Source: Malacoraja senta
Lineage: Eukaryota
Assembly (NCBI GenBank): GCA_038087875.1
Contig: JAXLNO010000048.1
Location: 1 to 59,265 of the forward strand
DNA length: 59,265 bases
Direction: 5' to 3'
This document shows positions 25,755-38,229 of this stretch, piece by piece; position 1 is the first letter of the stretch; each line of letters opens with the position of its first letter. The notes under the pieces were generated by a model. It was not told the DNA's origin. It worked only from the letters and a program-made list of their open reading frames with translations, and made no database searches. The position numbers and the translations under genes were made by a program.

Positions 25755-26130
25755 CTGAATGTGCTCCTCAGGTTGACCACTGTGTCAAGGAGGGGGTGAG
25801 CTGTATTGTCCAAGATGCTCCACAGTTTGAGGAGCATCCTCCCCTCCAAGACTATCTCCAGTGAATCCAACTCCACCCCCAGGACGGAGCCAGCCTTCCT
25901 GATGAGCTTGTTAATTCTGTTGCCGCAGCAGCCTTCGCCCTGCTACCCCAGCATACGACGGCAAAGGAGATATCTCTGGCCACCACCAATTGATAGAAAA
26001 TCTACAGCATCTTAGTGCAGACGTTGAAAGAGAGGAGCCTCCTCAGAAAGTACAGATGGCCCTGTCCCTTCTTATAAAGCTCCTCAGCATTCCTGGACCA
26101 GTGCAGTTTACTGTCCAGGTAAATGCCAAG
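25755..26130 (-). mobile_element. Rex/Babar-type LINE fragment
   Basis: KKGQGHLYFLRRL and ELDSLEIVLEGRMLLKLWSILDNTAHPL. Confidence 0.7.
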
Positions 26131-26524
26131 GTAGACTGCACACAAAGCCCAGCCGGCGGGCCAGCTGGGGAGTTTTGCCCGGGCTTAACAGGGCGCACAA
26201 AGTCCGGCACCCCATCCAACTCATTAACCGATGATCAGCCATGAGAAGGAGGGGTGGTGGTGTCGGCGATCAGCAAAAGTCCGAAGGTCGAACAGCTGGC
26301 TGGGCTGCCGACTGACGGGGCCACTGGCGGCGCTGCTGCTACACTCCATGGGCTGCACTATGTTGGCAAGGGTGAGGCGGGGCCGGACGCGGCGCTCCGA
26401 CTTGACAGTCCCCTCGATCCGAGTAGTAGCAGTCAACTACGGGACAAGGGCGGTCCCGTATGGGACAAACCAATTTAGCCCAATATACGGTATGTCTCGG
26501 CTAATATGGGACAGTTGGCAACCC

Positions 26525-27246
26525 CAGTGTTATGGCCTGGGCATGTATGGCTGCTGAAGGTACTGGCTCACTTATCTTCATTGATGATGCAACTGCCAAT
26601 TGGAGTAGCATAATGAATTCTGAAGTGTATAGACACATCCTATCTGCTCAAGTTCAAACAAATGCCTCAAAACTCATTGGCATGCGGTTCATTCGGCAAG
26701 ACAATGATCCCAAACATACTGCTAAAAGCACCAAAGGAGTTTTTCAAAGTAAAAAAATGGTAAATTCTTGAGTGGCCAAGTCAATCACCCGATCTGAACC
26801 CAATTGAGCATGCCTTTTATATGCTGAAGAGAAAACTGAAGGGAACTAGGCCCCAAGACAAGCATAGGCTAAAGATGGCTGCAATACAGGCCTGGCAGAG
26901 CGTCACCAGAGAAGACACCCAGCAACTGGTGATGTCCATGAATCGCAGACTTCAAGCAGTCATTGCATGCAAAGGATATGCAACAAAATACTAAACATGA
27001 CTACTTTCATTTACATGACATTGCTGTGTCCCAAACATTATGGTGCCCTGAAATGGGGGGACTATGTATAAACACTGCTGTAATTTCTACATGGTGAAAC
27101 CAAAATGTATTAAAAAACCTTTAAATAAATCTGACAATGTGCACTTTAACCACATAGATTTTTTCTACTACAAATCTCAAATTGTAGAGTACAGAGGCAC
27201 ATAAATACACAATGGGTCTTTGTCCCAAACATTATGGAGGGCACTG
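26525..27246 (+). mobile_element. Tc1-like transposon 3' half with IR/DR-type right end
   Basis: VMAWACM, QDNDPKH and WPSQSPDLNPIEH. TGTCCCAAACATTATGG occurs at ~27027 and 27221; terminal CACTG followed by TA. Confidence 0.92.
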
Positions 27247-28156
27247 TATCTATGGACTGAGGAACAGCACAAGTAATGAGTTTGCATTTCCATATTTATT
27301 ACCAGAGCTGTCCCCAAAGTATTCAACAATTTTGATAATGGCCAGTTTTTGATCTGTTTTTAATATTTGTAGCAAACTCTCAGCAAGAACAAGCGTGTCT
27401 TAGCCACTGTTAATATACTCCAGACAAAATAAATGACAGAATAAAATTAATCCATCTAAAAAGATCCAAACATCACTTTCTCCTTATCTGGAGGCCATGA
27501 CTGCTGTGGGCCATTGGGACTTACTCTGAGTGTTCATCTCCATTTTGTAAAGTTGTCCATGTCCATTTGGTCCGCTGGTCGGCTTGATGTTTTCTTTGAT
27601 CAAAGAGTGCTGTGTGGAATATTGATCATAAAATTCTAATTTAGTTGAGATGTTTTGATGACACTTTGTTCTTTTTGACTATACTTTAGTTTGTCTGTAC
27701 CTTAAATCAGTGCTTCTTAAACTGGCGAATGGTTCACCCAAAGGCAAATTAAATTATTTTGGGGTGAATTAAACTAGAGGGGTGAATGAAGGGTGAATGA
27801 CAATTTATTCAGATATTTATATTTTTTTCCGATACTTAAAAAAGGCATTGCCATTAAAGTGGTTCGTAAAGCTCTTATTGGTTTTAATGGTAGTGGAGCT
27901 GGAAATTTGATTTTTTTTTTCTCTCTACCTATGGTTTTCTAATTTCAAAGTAGCAGGATATGTCCCAAATTTACTATAATATAACCTTTTAGGGAAGACA
28001 AGACGAGATAGTGGGATCATAAATTTATAAATGGCAACACTGGAGGATCCCGTAGCAACTGTTGAACTGTAACTTTACTTTGTGTAGCAATTTAGCTAGC
28101 AAAGTTGACATTTGGTGGTATTGTGAGCTTTCGTCGGGCAGAGTTATAGAAAGTTA

Positions 28157-29619
28157 CTCGACTAAGTGGGACCCGTTGGTCCCAGCTTCACACGGGAGGG
28201 CTGGTCCCCCAACGCAATATTCCACCTCTCCACCAATTCCAATATTGGTGGCCAGCGGGGGGGACTTTCTGTAGCGCTAGTATGGGTGTTGTGGGCTGAA
28301 GGGACTGGTTTCCAGAGGGCTAGTATGGACATTGTGGGCCGAATGGATTCTTGGGCTGGCGCCTCAGCCACTCAAGCCTGGTGCGCTGGCAGCCCACTCA
28401 CTCACGGCAGATGGGCTGGCAGTTGACACGGCTATACCTTGAAATTCCATTTCAAGCAGGGTGCAAGGCCACCAAATTCAAGTGCAGTTTCATGCCACTT
28501 CAGGCAGGGTGCAAGGCCACCGAATTCAAGTGCAGTTTCATGCCACTTCAGGCAGGGTGCAAGGCCTCCGAATTCATGTGCAGTTTCATGCCACTTCAGG
28601 CAGGGTGCAAGGCCACTGAATTCAAGTACAGTTTCATGCTATGTTGACAGGGGAGAGAATCTCAACATTTTTTAAACACTAATAACTCTTTTATTTTTCA
28701 TCAATGGGAAAAATCTATGGCACCTGATGAGCGGAGGGGGACTCTGAGTAAGATGGTCAAAAATCACAGCCGTACGTGGCAGCGTTTTTTCTAAAATCAA
28801 TATACAGCGCACACAGGAAGTGGTCAAGATTAGACTTTTAATATAGAAAGCAACACCGCTTTTCAATAAGGCAACACCACTATTCAATAAGGCAAGGCAA
28901 CACCACTTTTCAATAAGGCAAAGGCAACACCACTTTTCAATAAGGCAAAGGCAACACCACTTTTCAATAAGGCAAAGGCAACACCACTTTTCAATAAGGC
29001 AAAGGCAACACACTTTTGCATTGTCAAAGGCAACACCACTTTTGCATTGTCAAAGGCAACACCACTTTTGCATTGTCAAAGGCAACACCACTTTTGCATT
29101 TTCAAAGGCAACACCACTTTTGCATTTTCAAACCAAAACCACTTTTGCATTTTCAAACCAACACCACTTTTGCATTTTCAAACCAACACCACTTTTGCAT
29201 TTTCAAACTACAATTTCCAACTACATTAAGGGCACTCACAGGTCAGTAAAACCACTCACAGTTTAGTAGACATGTGTTCGGTGTTATTCACAGCTCAGAC
29301 TGAGAGTTGTGACCTCTCCCACCCCCATCTTGCAGAGACTGAGGCAGTCCACACTTCTGGGTTTTATAGGCCCTCCCCCTCCCACCGGAAGGGGCGTGGC
29401 CTTCATGGCGTGATTGACAGGAGAGAGAATCTCAACATTTTTTAAACATTATTAAGTCTTTTATTTTTCATCGTTGGGAAAGATCCTCTTGTCCTGCGCA
29501 GCGGAAAGGGCTCTGAGTAAGATGGAAAAAATTCACAGCTGTAAGTGGTAGCGTTTTTTCTAAAATCAATATGCAGTGCAAACAGGAAGTGGTCAAGATT
29601 TAAGTTTTAATTATATAGA
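28157..29619 (-). mobile_element. Composite non-autonomous Helitron (two 5' ends) with 48-bp and 27/26/25-bp arrays
   Basis: Same termini as 23086-24785 (terminal CTAG mutated); 5' block duplicated at 28644-28847 and 29414-29619; A|T site. Confidence 0.82.
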
Positions 29620-30008
29620 TATTAGTTGGATACTAATATATTAAATCACATACTCCATGGTTTTTTGAAGGAATAGGTGATGTTTCGGGTCGAGACCCTT
29701 GTTCAGACTGATGTGGGGATGGGGGGGGGGGGGCAGGAAGAAGAAAGGAAGAGGTGGAGACAGTGGGCTGTGGGAGAGCTGGGAAGGGGAGGGGAAAGAG
29801 GGAGAAAGCATGGACTACTTGAAATTGGAGAAGTCAATGTTCATACCGCTGGGGTATAAACTACCCAAGCAAAATATGAGGTGCTGCTTCTCCAATTTGC
29901 GGTGGGACTCACTCTAGCCATGGAGGAGGCCCAGGACAGAACGGTCGGATTCGGAATGGGAGGGGTAGTTGAAGTGCTGAGCCACCGGGAGATCAGGTTG
30001 GTTGTTGC

Positions 30009-30033
30009 GATCAAGTTTAGTATCTGTTCTTAT
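30009..30033 (+). pseudogene. U2 snRNA fragment (about nt 25-49) at the 5' end of the Tx1 element
   Basis: GATCAAGTTTAGTATCTGTTCTTAT versus U2 GATCAAGTGTAGTATCTGTTCTTAT (recalled): 24 of 25 identical. Confidence 0.85.
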
Positions 30034-30222
30034 TGAGTAGGAGAGACTGTCAGTTCTTATCAGAACAGTTCTGGTGGCCCTCCTGGGACGAGGGTCGTGG
30101 ATCGCGGATCTCGGACGGATCGAAGTTCAAGGTCACGTCGGTGACAAGCAGTCTGTCAGTTGCTGCCTTAGAGGTGGATTCAAGCTGGTTGGGTAACCAA
30201 CCTAACACCTCATCCAGTCCCA

Positions 30223-31545
30223 ATGGCAGCAGCAACTGGAGCGGGAGGACAGGGTATCCGCAAAACCCTGCGAGTGAGCGTGAAGGACCTCAGAGAGGGG
30301 ACTCCCTTCTCACGGGATCTGTTCATGAGGAAGGTTTTGCTTGAGGCCTGCAAATTCGAGGCCAAGGACATCTACTGCCTCCAGGACTTCCCGGGTAATG
30401 GATGTAACCTTCAAGTATCCAACAGGCAGAAATTGATAAATGACTTCTGGGAGAAGAGGAACGAAGCTCCGCTGTCGCTGCTGAAGGTGCAGCCGCTCTT
30501 CACCCTCCCCACCTAGAAGGAACGGATGATCACGGTGCACATGTTTAACCCACATGTGCCCGTCGTGGATGCCCTCACCTTCCTGGCCCGTTATGTCGAG
30601 GGAGCAGGGAACTGTGTACATGACCTACGCGGGGCAACCCAGGGTGTGCAGGAAATGCAACAAACCTGGGCATGTGGCAGCCCAATGCAGTGCAGTTATC
30701 TGCAAGAACTGCAAGCTGGAGGGCCACGCGACAAAGGACTGCCAATTCAGCAAGAACTGCAACCTATGCGAGGAGCGAGGCCAACTCTACAGGGCCTGCC
30801 CTAAAAGAGCCTGCACCTACGCACAGGCGACAAGAGGGGCTGTTTCTAACACCCCCAGGGTGGGCAAGACGCCTCCCACCACTGCCAAAACCCCAGCAGA
30901 AAGGGAGTACAGGGATGAGGACAGCCCGACCACCTCGAGCCCCCAACCGCCAGACGGCGACCCCCAGCCCCCTGTGCAGGAGGGAGAGTCGATGGAAGAG
31001 GGGGAACAGCAGGAGGAATGGCAGGTGGTGAACAGGAAGGAACTCCGGAGGGCTCTGCCCAAAGAGCCAAGGACGGAGGGCTCGGGAAAGTCGAAGAAAA
31101 GAGTCCTTTCCCAGACCGACGCAGCAACCTCTCCTCATCAGAGGATGAGGCGACATCGAGGACCCGACGACAGAGGCATAGGAAGAAAACGGGTGAGGAG
31201 ACCGACAAGGGAAAGCCTATTGTCCCCCAGCTCCAGGAGACCGGGAGCAGTGCAGTGGCCAATGGGCCCCGGCTCCGGGAGACCGGGAGCAGTGCAGCAG
31301 CCAATGGGCCCCAGCTCCTGGAGACCGGGAGCACTGAATCAGCCACCGTACCCCAGCTACAGGAGACGGAGGGGATGGTGCGCCCAGAAGAGGGTGGAAC
31401 AAGGAGGGTCCCTCCGACGACAACTCCGGCTTCGCCAGAGGAGACCCCCCTCCTTGAGGATGCCGGCACCCAGTGCCTGAGCCCCGAAACGGTGCTGCAA
31501 TTCACCAAACCGGTGGGCATGAGGGGACAAGATGACGGTCAGTGA
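30223..31545 (+). pseudogene. Tx1 ORF1 with three CCHC-type knuckles (ZCCHC3-like) and a 42-bp tandem repeat
   Basis: CRKCNKPGHVAAQC, CKNCKLEGHATKDC and CNLCEERGQLYRAC; PQLQETGSSAVANG repeats. Internal stop and frameshifts. Confidence 0.85.
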
Positions 31546-32956
31546 CTCTAAAGGACAATGGAGCTACAACTGGCATCATTAAACGTGCACAGTGTGAAGA
31601 ACACTGCGCGATGTGTGAACGCCTAGCAGTACCTGGCCAAGGTCAAGACGGACGTGACTTTTCTGCAGGAGTGCGGGCTGCCACACCTCCGCTGCTATCG
31701 CAGGTGGTTGCGATGGTGGCCCCACGGACTGTCAGTATGGTCGGGGGGCAATGACTGTCGCGCTTCCGGTCTGGGGATCTTGCTGCAGGGAGGGAGCTTC
31801 GCCATCACTGAAGTCAGGGAGGCGCTTGGGGGAGCGTCTCCTCATGGTGGATGTAATGTACCGGGGCTCTCCGCTTCGGCTGATTAATGTGTATGCCTCA
31901 CCTGTGCAGAGCGAGCGGCTGGCCGTTCTCCAGCAGCTCCCACCGCTGCTGGCCACGTCCTGGCCGCTCTTTCTGGCTGGTGACTTCAACTGCATCATCG
32001 ATGCGGCTGGACGATCCGGCAGTGCCGACCACAGACTGGACAGCACCTCCAAGCTCCTGATGGAGACGGTAAATGACGCAAAGCTGTGCGACGCCTTCAG
32101 CGACCCTGCAGGCGGGTCCTAGTCGCGGTTCACCTGGTCGAGATCAGACGGTTCAGTCTGGTCCCGGATAGTATTCCTCTTCACGTCAAAGGCCGTCACG
32201 GTCAGACATACCGACCTCACGCTGGTGTTCTTCTCTGACCACTGCCTCCTTCAGGCTTCCTGTCACCTACAGGAGGACCGGAAGGCAGGCAGAGGGACGT
32301 GGAGGTTAAAGGCGAAGCTGTTGACCCCAGAGAACATTGAGGAGCTAAAGAGGGAGTACGCATGTTGGAGAACGGTGAAGCCCCTCTTTGACTCCCTGGT
32401 GGGAAGCAACCAAGGAGAACATTAAGAGGTTCTTCATATTTAAAGGGGTTCAGAGAGCAAGAAAGAGTCAGAGGGAATTGTGTCAACTCCACACAGATTT
32501 GCAGCAACTGTTCCTTCTGTAGTCGAGAGGGGTGGATGTGAGGGAGGAACTTAGATTGTTGAAGGGTAGGCAAGCTCGGCTCTTTACCTCTGAATTCTCC
32601 AAAATTATCTTCCGATTCAGGGTCCGCCACGTGGAGCAGAATGAGACGTGCTCACGTTTCTTCATCCATAAGGTTCACAGGGGGAGCGCTGTGAAGAACA
32701 GCCTACGGCTCGGTAACATCATTGCAGACGGACATGCTGAGGATCTGCAAATCCTTTTATACGTATTTGTACATCAGAAAGACCACAGACAGCAGCGCCT
32801 CCCAGAACTTCTTGTCGTCTATCATGGAGGTCTTGGAGGACAGCAAGCGGGAGAGTCTGGACCTATCACTGACCCTAGAGGAGCTGACTGGCTCCATCTG
32901 TTCCTTTGACTCGAGTAAAACGCCCGGAAGCGATGGCTTACCGGCCGAGTTGTATT

Positions 32957-33016
32957 TGCGGTGCAGGCTCGAAGGGCCGAATGGCCTACTCCTGCTCCTA
33001 TTTTCTATGTTTCTAT
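32957..33016 (+). mobile_element. ~60-bp CR1 3'-tail insertion inside the Tx1 RT
   Basis: GCTCGAAGGGCCGAATGGCCTACTCCTGCTCCTATTTTCTATGTTTCTA splits AELY|SALWD. Confidence 0.85.
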
Positions 33017-33388
33017 TCGGCTCTGTGGGACTGGGTGGGCCCGGACCTGCTGGAAGTGTACAACGACATGCTTCTAGCCGGCAGCATGTCAGACTCCATG
33101 AGAAAGGGCAGCATCACGCTAATCTACAAGCAGAAGGGGGAGATGAAGGATATACGGAATTGGAGACCCATCACATTGTTGAATGTTGATTACAAGATCC
33201 TGTCTAAGGCCATCGCCAACCGGGTCAAGTCTGCTCTGGGACGGGTGATCCACCCGGACCAAATCTGTGCTGTACCTGGCAGGAAAATCTCAGACAGCCT
33301 GGCGCTGCTGAGAGATACTATTGCCTACGTGCAGGACAGATGGGTGGATGCCTGCCTAGTCAGCTTGGACCAGGAGAAGGCCTTCGAC

Positions 33389-34180
33389 TGCAGCTCTCCA
33401 GCAGTCCATTTGTCTTTTCTTTTTTTGTTTTCTTTTGTCCCGTTGTTGCGGTTTGTTTTGGTTTATTTTAGTTGTGTATGTGTGGGGGGGTGGGAGAAGC
33501 ATGTTTTTTGGCTCTTCCTTCGGGGGGGATGCGGCCTTTCTTGCCGTATCCCCCGTCTCCGTCTCCGTCTGCGCTGAGGCCTATCGCGGAGCTGGCGGCC
33601 TCCAACTGGGACCGACCTCGGAGCTCGGGAGGCAGAGCCAGCCGGGACTTTCCAGCGCGGGGCTGGCCGACTTCGGGGCTGTGGTGGCATTGTGACCTGA
33701 CTTCCGACCCGACTTCGGAGCCTCGGGGGCTCGGCGAGGGCCAGTGGACGACATCGTCGGGAGCTCGCAGGTCACAGGTTGGTGACCTGTTTTTCCGTAG
33801 CTCCCGCAACAACAGCTGCGTCCGCTGGACTGGAGGGCGGCAGCTTCGGCAGCTTCGACCGCCCTGGGCCGCGGAGTTTGAACCGGCCCGTTCGGATTCA
33901 GCCGCGGGACTTACTTACCATCACCCGCCGGGGTCACAACATCGGAGGCCTGGATCGCCTCAGCGCAGAGGGAGAGCAAGGAGGGAAGAGACATGGACTT
34001 TGGGACTTTTTGCCTTCCATCACAGTGAGGAGGTGCCTGGTGGACTCACTGTGGTGGATGTTAAACTGTGTTGAGTGTGTGTTTTTGTTATTTATTCTAT
34101 GTTATGACTGCAGGCTAAACCATTTCGTTGCACTGAAAAGTGCAATGACAATAAATTGAATCAAAATCAAATCAAAATCA
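33389..34180 (+). mobile_element. Unclassified GC-rich element inserted in the Tx1 RT
   Basis: Interrupts RT right after KAFD; 3' hairpin, AATAAA and (AATCAA)n tail. Confidence 0.75.
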
Positions 34181-35988
34181 AAAATGGGCTTTGGGGAGGG
34201 AATCAGAAATTGGATCCAACTGCTCTACACCGATATCTATAGTGCAGTCCAAATCAATGGGTGGGAATCAGACAGCTTCCCTGTCAGGTCTGGAGTCAGG
34301 CAGGGTTGCCCTCTGTCCCATCTTGTTCGTCTGCTGCATTGAACCTTTTGCCGAGTCCATCAGGTAGGACGCGAGCATAAGAGGAGTGACATTGCCAGGC
34401 AGTGGGGGCACTGAGGTGAAAACCTCCCTGTACATGGACGATGTCGCCATCTTCTGCTCGGATCCAGGGTCGGTCCGCAGATTGATTAGCATCTGCGACC
34501 AGTTTGAGTCGGCCACGGGAGCCAGGGTGAACCACAGGAAGAGCAAGGCCTTGCTCTTTGGCAACTGGCCCGGCCGATCTTCCATCCCCTTCACCATCAA
34601 GCCTGACTTTTTGAAGGTGCTGGGGATCTGGTTCGGGGGGGCTGAGGCATGTGACAGGAATTGGCTGGAGCGGATAGCCAAGGTGGGGAAGAAACTGGGG
34701 CTGTGGAAGCAACGCTCCCTCTATATAACGGGAAAAATTTAGTCATTAGGTGTGATGTGCTCTCGTGGCTGCTGTACTTGGCGCCTACGCCGCCGGGATC
34801 ACCCGGGCCGTCTTCCGGTTCATCTGGGGGTCGAGGATGGACCGGGTGCGATGGGCCACAATGCACAAGTCGGCAGACGACGGGGGTAAAAGCGTGCCCA
34901 ACGTCGCCCTCACCCTGATGGCCACCTTCGTGTGTGGCTGCATCATGCGGAGCGTAGAGCCAAGGCACGTGGGCACCAAGTGTCACTACCTGCTGAGGTT
35001 CTACCTGTCCCCGGTGTTGCGAAGGATGAGCAATTGCCGCACCATCTGTCATTCGTGGAAAGGTTCTTCCGGACAAACACCTTTGACCACAAGTCCATCG
35101 GGCAGTGGACAGCACGGAACGTCCTGCAGGCACTGCAGGGAAAGGACCCGATGGATCCGGTGGCGTGGTTCCCAGAGCAGAATGCCCAGCTTGTCTGGCA
35201 AAATGCCTCATCGCCAGAACTCACCAACAAACACCAAGGCTGGCTTGGCTGGCGGTGAGGGGAGCCCTCCCAGTCAGATCCTTCCTGCACTGTCGGAATC
35301 TCACTACCAGCGCACGCTGCCCTCAGGACAGCTGCTATGGAGAGGAGACGGTTGTCCACCTCTTTGCAGTGTGGATTCGCAGAGAGAGTATGGAGAGGTC
35401 TGCAAGGGTCCCTGTCATGGTTTATTCTGAACAGCTCCATCACAGAGGACTCTGTGATTTTGAGACTGTTCCCAGGGACGCATTCAGAGACGGACATCGA
35501 GTGTTGCTGAAAGGTCATCAACTCGGTGAAAGACGCTCTTTGGTCTGCCCGAGCATTGTTGACCACCCAGGGAATGTTGCCGACTGGCCCACTGCAGACT
35601 GCAGGAGTATGTGCTGAGCACTGAATGGTGCAGCCAACACCAAAGCTCGGTGGGGGAGAACCGCATTCTCTAGGGTCCTACCGCTGCTGGACATGGGGGG
35701 CAGGCTGTGATGGAGACGCCCCTCAAAATAAGAGAAGGGATTCCACGCCAGGGGCCACATGAGTGGCAAGGGTGGGGGGATAAATTAGTGATTTGGGGAA
35801 ACTGTATTGTATGTATGTATAGCCTCCGAGAATGGCGGATGGAGTTTTGTATGGATCATGTATTGTATATATTTATTTCTCGAATAAAGTCTATTTTGAA
35901 ATAAAAAAAAAAATAATTGCGAACTGAGCGGAAGTGTTGGGCGAAGCGATCGTTAAGCCTACGCTTGGTCTCACCGACGTAGAGCAGG

Positions 35989-37096
35989 TGAGGAAATATT
36001 ATATAATAGAATTACTCGGATAGTAACTTTCGGGTTTTGAACCTATGTAAAGTTGTAAGAAAAGCTTAAGGTTTTCAGGAACACATGTATCCTAAAGAAA
36101 TAAAGTACAAAGAAACACATACAGCGAACAGATGAATCAAAACATAGAAACGCTAATCTGAACCTGCATAGCTTAGTTTATTGCTTTCAGGCAATTATAA
36201 CGCTGGAGGAAATTGTATTTGATATGATTTTGTGTTGAAGAATGGATAGCTGAATAGGGCCTCTTACAGAATTCAAGGCTGAGGGATAATAGACTCTGTG
36301 GTTAGCTTTGGCTATGTTAAATTATAATGAGGTTGAGATAAGGGATCGAGCAGCTGTACTTTTGAGGTAATGGTCTGAAGTTGTAAATTTACCCTGACTT
36401 CTGTAATATTTGTAAAAGACCTTGCAGGGAGATTGAAAATCCATCTCCCAAAGATAGCAGGAAAGGGAGGCTGTAATGTAGAATTAAGCTGTATCCTGGC
36501 ACCAAACACTTATCAATTAAGTTGACAGATTTACGACCCATGTATGCTTGGAGTTGGGAGGTGTGTGTGGGTTTTGAATTTAACTTAGATGCAGTGTAAT
36601 TCGGCGACCTCATATAATTAATGTTTTTAATACATAGGTAATGGTATTTTAAACGGTGTAAAATTGTAGTGAAACCATTTATGAAATGTATTGTGCCTTA
36701 GTAGGACTGTAAACATTAGACTTGGTTTAGATTTATAGAAATATCTTTCTTCTTGGTATGGAAAATGTGTTTGTTTGTATGACTTGTGTGATCATTGTAT
36801 TATATGTGTGTATCTTATATTTTGACGAGTGGTCTTTGATAATTGAGCTTACTGGAGTTTTGCTTTGTTGAAATAAAATAATTCTAAACAAAGTTAAACC
36901 ACAGGCAATGAAGGTTGTAAAATGAGGCCAGAGAAGGGGGGATCATGTGACTGTTGTTGTAAATCACCAGAAGGACTCCGATGATTGGTTACTAGTTTGT
37001 CATACCCTCTGTATCTGAAATGTCTAATACCTATATAAATGCCATGAGTTTGTATCAAAGTTACTAAATTCTCTGGACCCGCCCCAGAGCTTCCAG
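35989..37096 (+). repeat. 5' LTR (3' end deleted)
   Basis: Matches 41595-42700 up to GAGCTTCCAG; TATATAAA at ~37032. Confidence 0.93.
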
Positions 37097-37099
37097 CTC

Positions 37100-38229
37100 T
37101 GTTTTGGAAGGTTCAGAGACTAGTCCCCGGGTCAAGCTCCACCCATACCACTAGCCCCCGGGTCAAGCTCCACCCACACCACAGTCCGAGCCCTAGTCAG
37201 TGGTGACAGGAATTTACCCAAGTTTACCCAAGGCAGAGTCAGGAACCGACAGTGCATCCACCTCAGGCGTCTGACCCAAGAGGAAGGAGAAGCCCCAGTT
37301 TACAGACCCCGTAGCATGGCATACTAGGTCCCAGAGACCAGGCGAAAGAAGGACCGGAGGAAAGGAGGTCACACAGTTGGGACTATAGAAGGGAGCACTT
37401 GGCTGAGAAAGCCAAACCCCAGAAACAACAAGGGAAGGTGCTGAAATAGACGGAATAAGAAAGCATCCTCCATGCGCCAATATCCTGTCAGAACGGTCCT
37501 TAACCCCAGAGCCCTAATACCTCCTCCACCCAACCAACAAAACAACGGCGAAACAGCCATGAATAATGTGTGGCTGCCGTGGAAACCAAATGAGATGATG
37601 GCAATTTTGTTGGGAATGCCTAATAAGAATCAGAATCCACAAGCTTTCATTTAATTTTTTAGAACAACGATATCAGTATATCATGTCAATTCCTGGGATT
37701 TATGGGCACTAGTTCAGCAAGTATTAACAGCGATTGAGTATACCAGATTCTTGGTTCACTTAACCTATGACAACCACGCAGCCCTAGACACGGCGCACCC
37801 AGGGGCAGGTAACAGCGAGGATCGATTACAGCTTATGTTGGCAGCTGTGGGCCTCACTCTCCAGCAATCAATCGATATATCAAAGGTTTTGGATATGAAA
37901 CCAGAGGAAGGAGGCTGCAGAAGATTTTCTGGAAAGGTTTAAAACCATCTACGGTGACACAGTAGTCAGGTGACACTCAGTATCAGCAAGGAAATTACTC
38001 GCCACAGTTTTGTGCTATGCTTATGAACTGCTTGCCTTCCAGCATCGCAATGGCTATTAAAACCAATAATATGGACTGGTCAGAGTCTTCACCGGCCCGC
38101 ATGTCAAGAGCTGTGAGAGCCTTTTGGAAAGACTGTCCTATTGGAGACAGGGAAGCCCAGGTAAAGGTAAAAAATGAATATGTGATGAGAGAAACGAGAG
38201 AAGTTCCACCAGTGGCTGTCCCTGACTGA
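37100..38229 (+). pseudogene. gag remnant
   Basis: Position, Pro-rich region and capsid-like WLPWKPNEMMAIL...NPQAF; stops and frameshifts. Confidence 0.6.

Larger units (their letters stand above)
31558..35710 (+). pseudogene. Tx1 ORF2 (APE endonuclease, RT), disrupted
   Basis: LASLNV, FLQE, LINVYASP, LAGDFN, FSDH, PGSDGLPAELY, NWRPITLLNVDYK, SLDQEKAFD, SGVRQGCPL and LYMDDV. Confidence 0.9.
30011..35916 (+). mobile_element. Full-length, inactivated Tx1-clade (Keno-like) LINE
   Basis: Zinc-knuckle ORF1, APE+RT ORF2, AATAAA and poly-A; TSD TTGCGA at 30005-30010 and 35917-35922. Confidence 0.92.

Noticed and set aside
7837..27610. Possible minus-strand micro-exons with compatible phases (~27525-27609, 20424-20470, 17024-17072, 12349-12368, 11458-11509, 7837-7867)
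   Set aside because: AG/GT boundaries exist, but the joined peptide resembles nothing I recognise, one phase link is missing, and equally good plus-strand candidates appear in the same DNA. RNA-seq is needed.
30024..30150. HDV-like ribozyme at the Tx1 5' end
   Set aside because: Only one 7-bp pairing and a small hairpin are visible; I could not build the nested double pseudoknot.
37090..37130. Primer-binding site for the ERV, and a link to the tRNA-Leu fragment at 7221
   Set aside because: The LTR end and PBS are deleted, so the primer tRNA cannot be read and no link can be supported.
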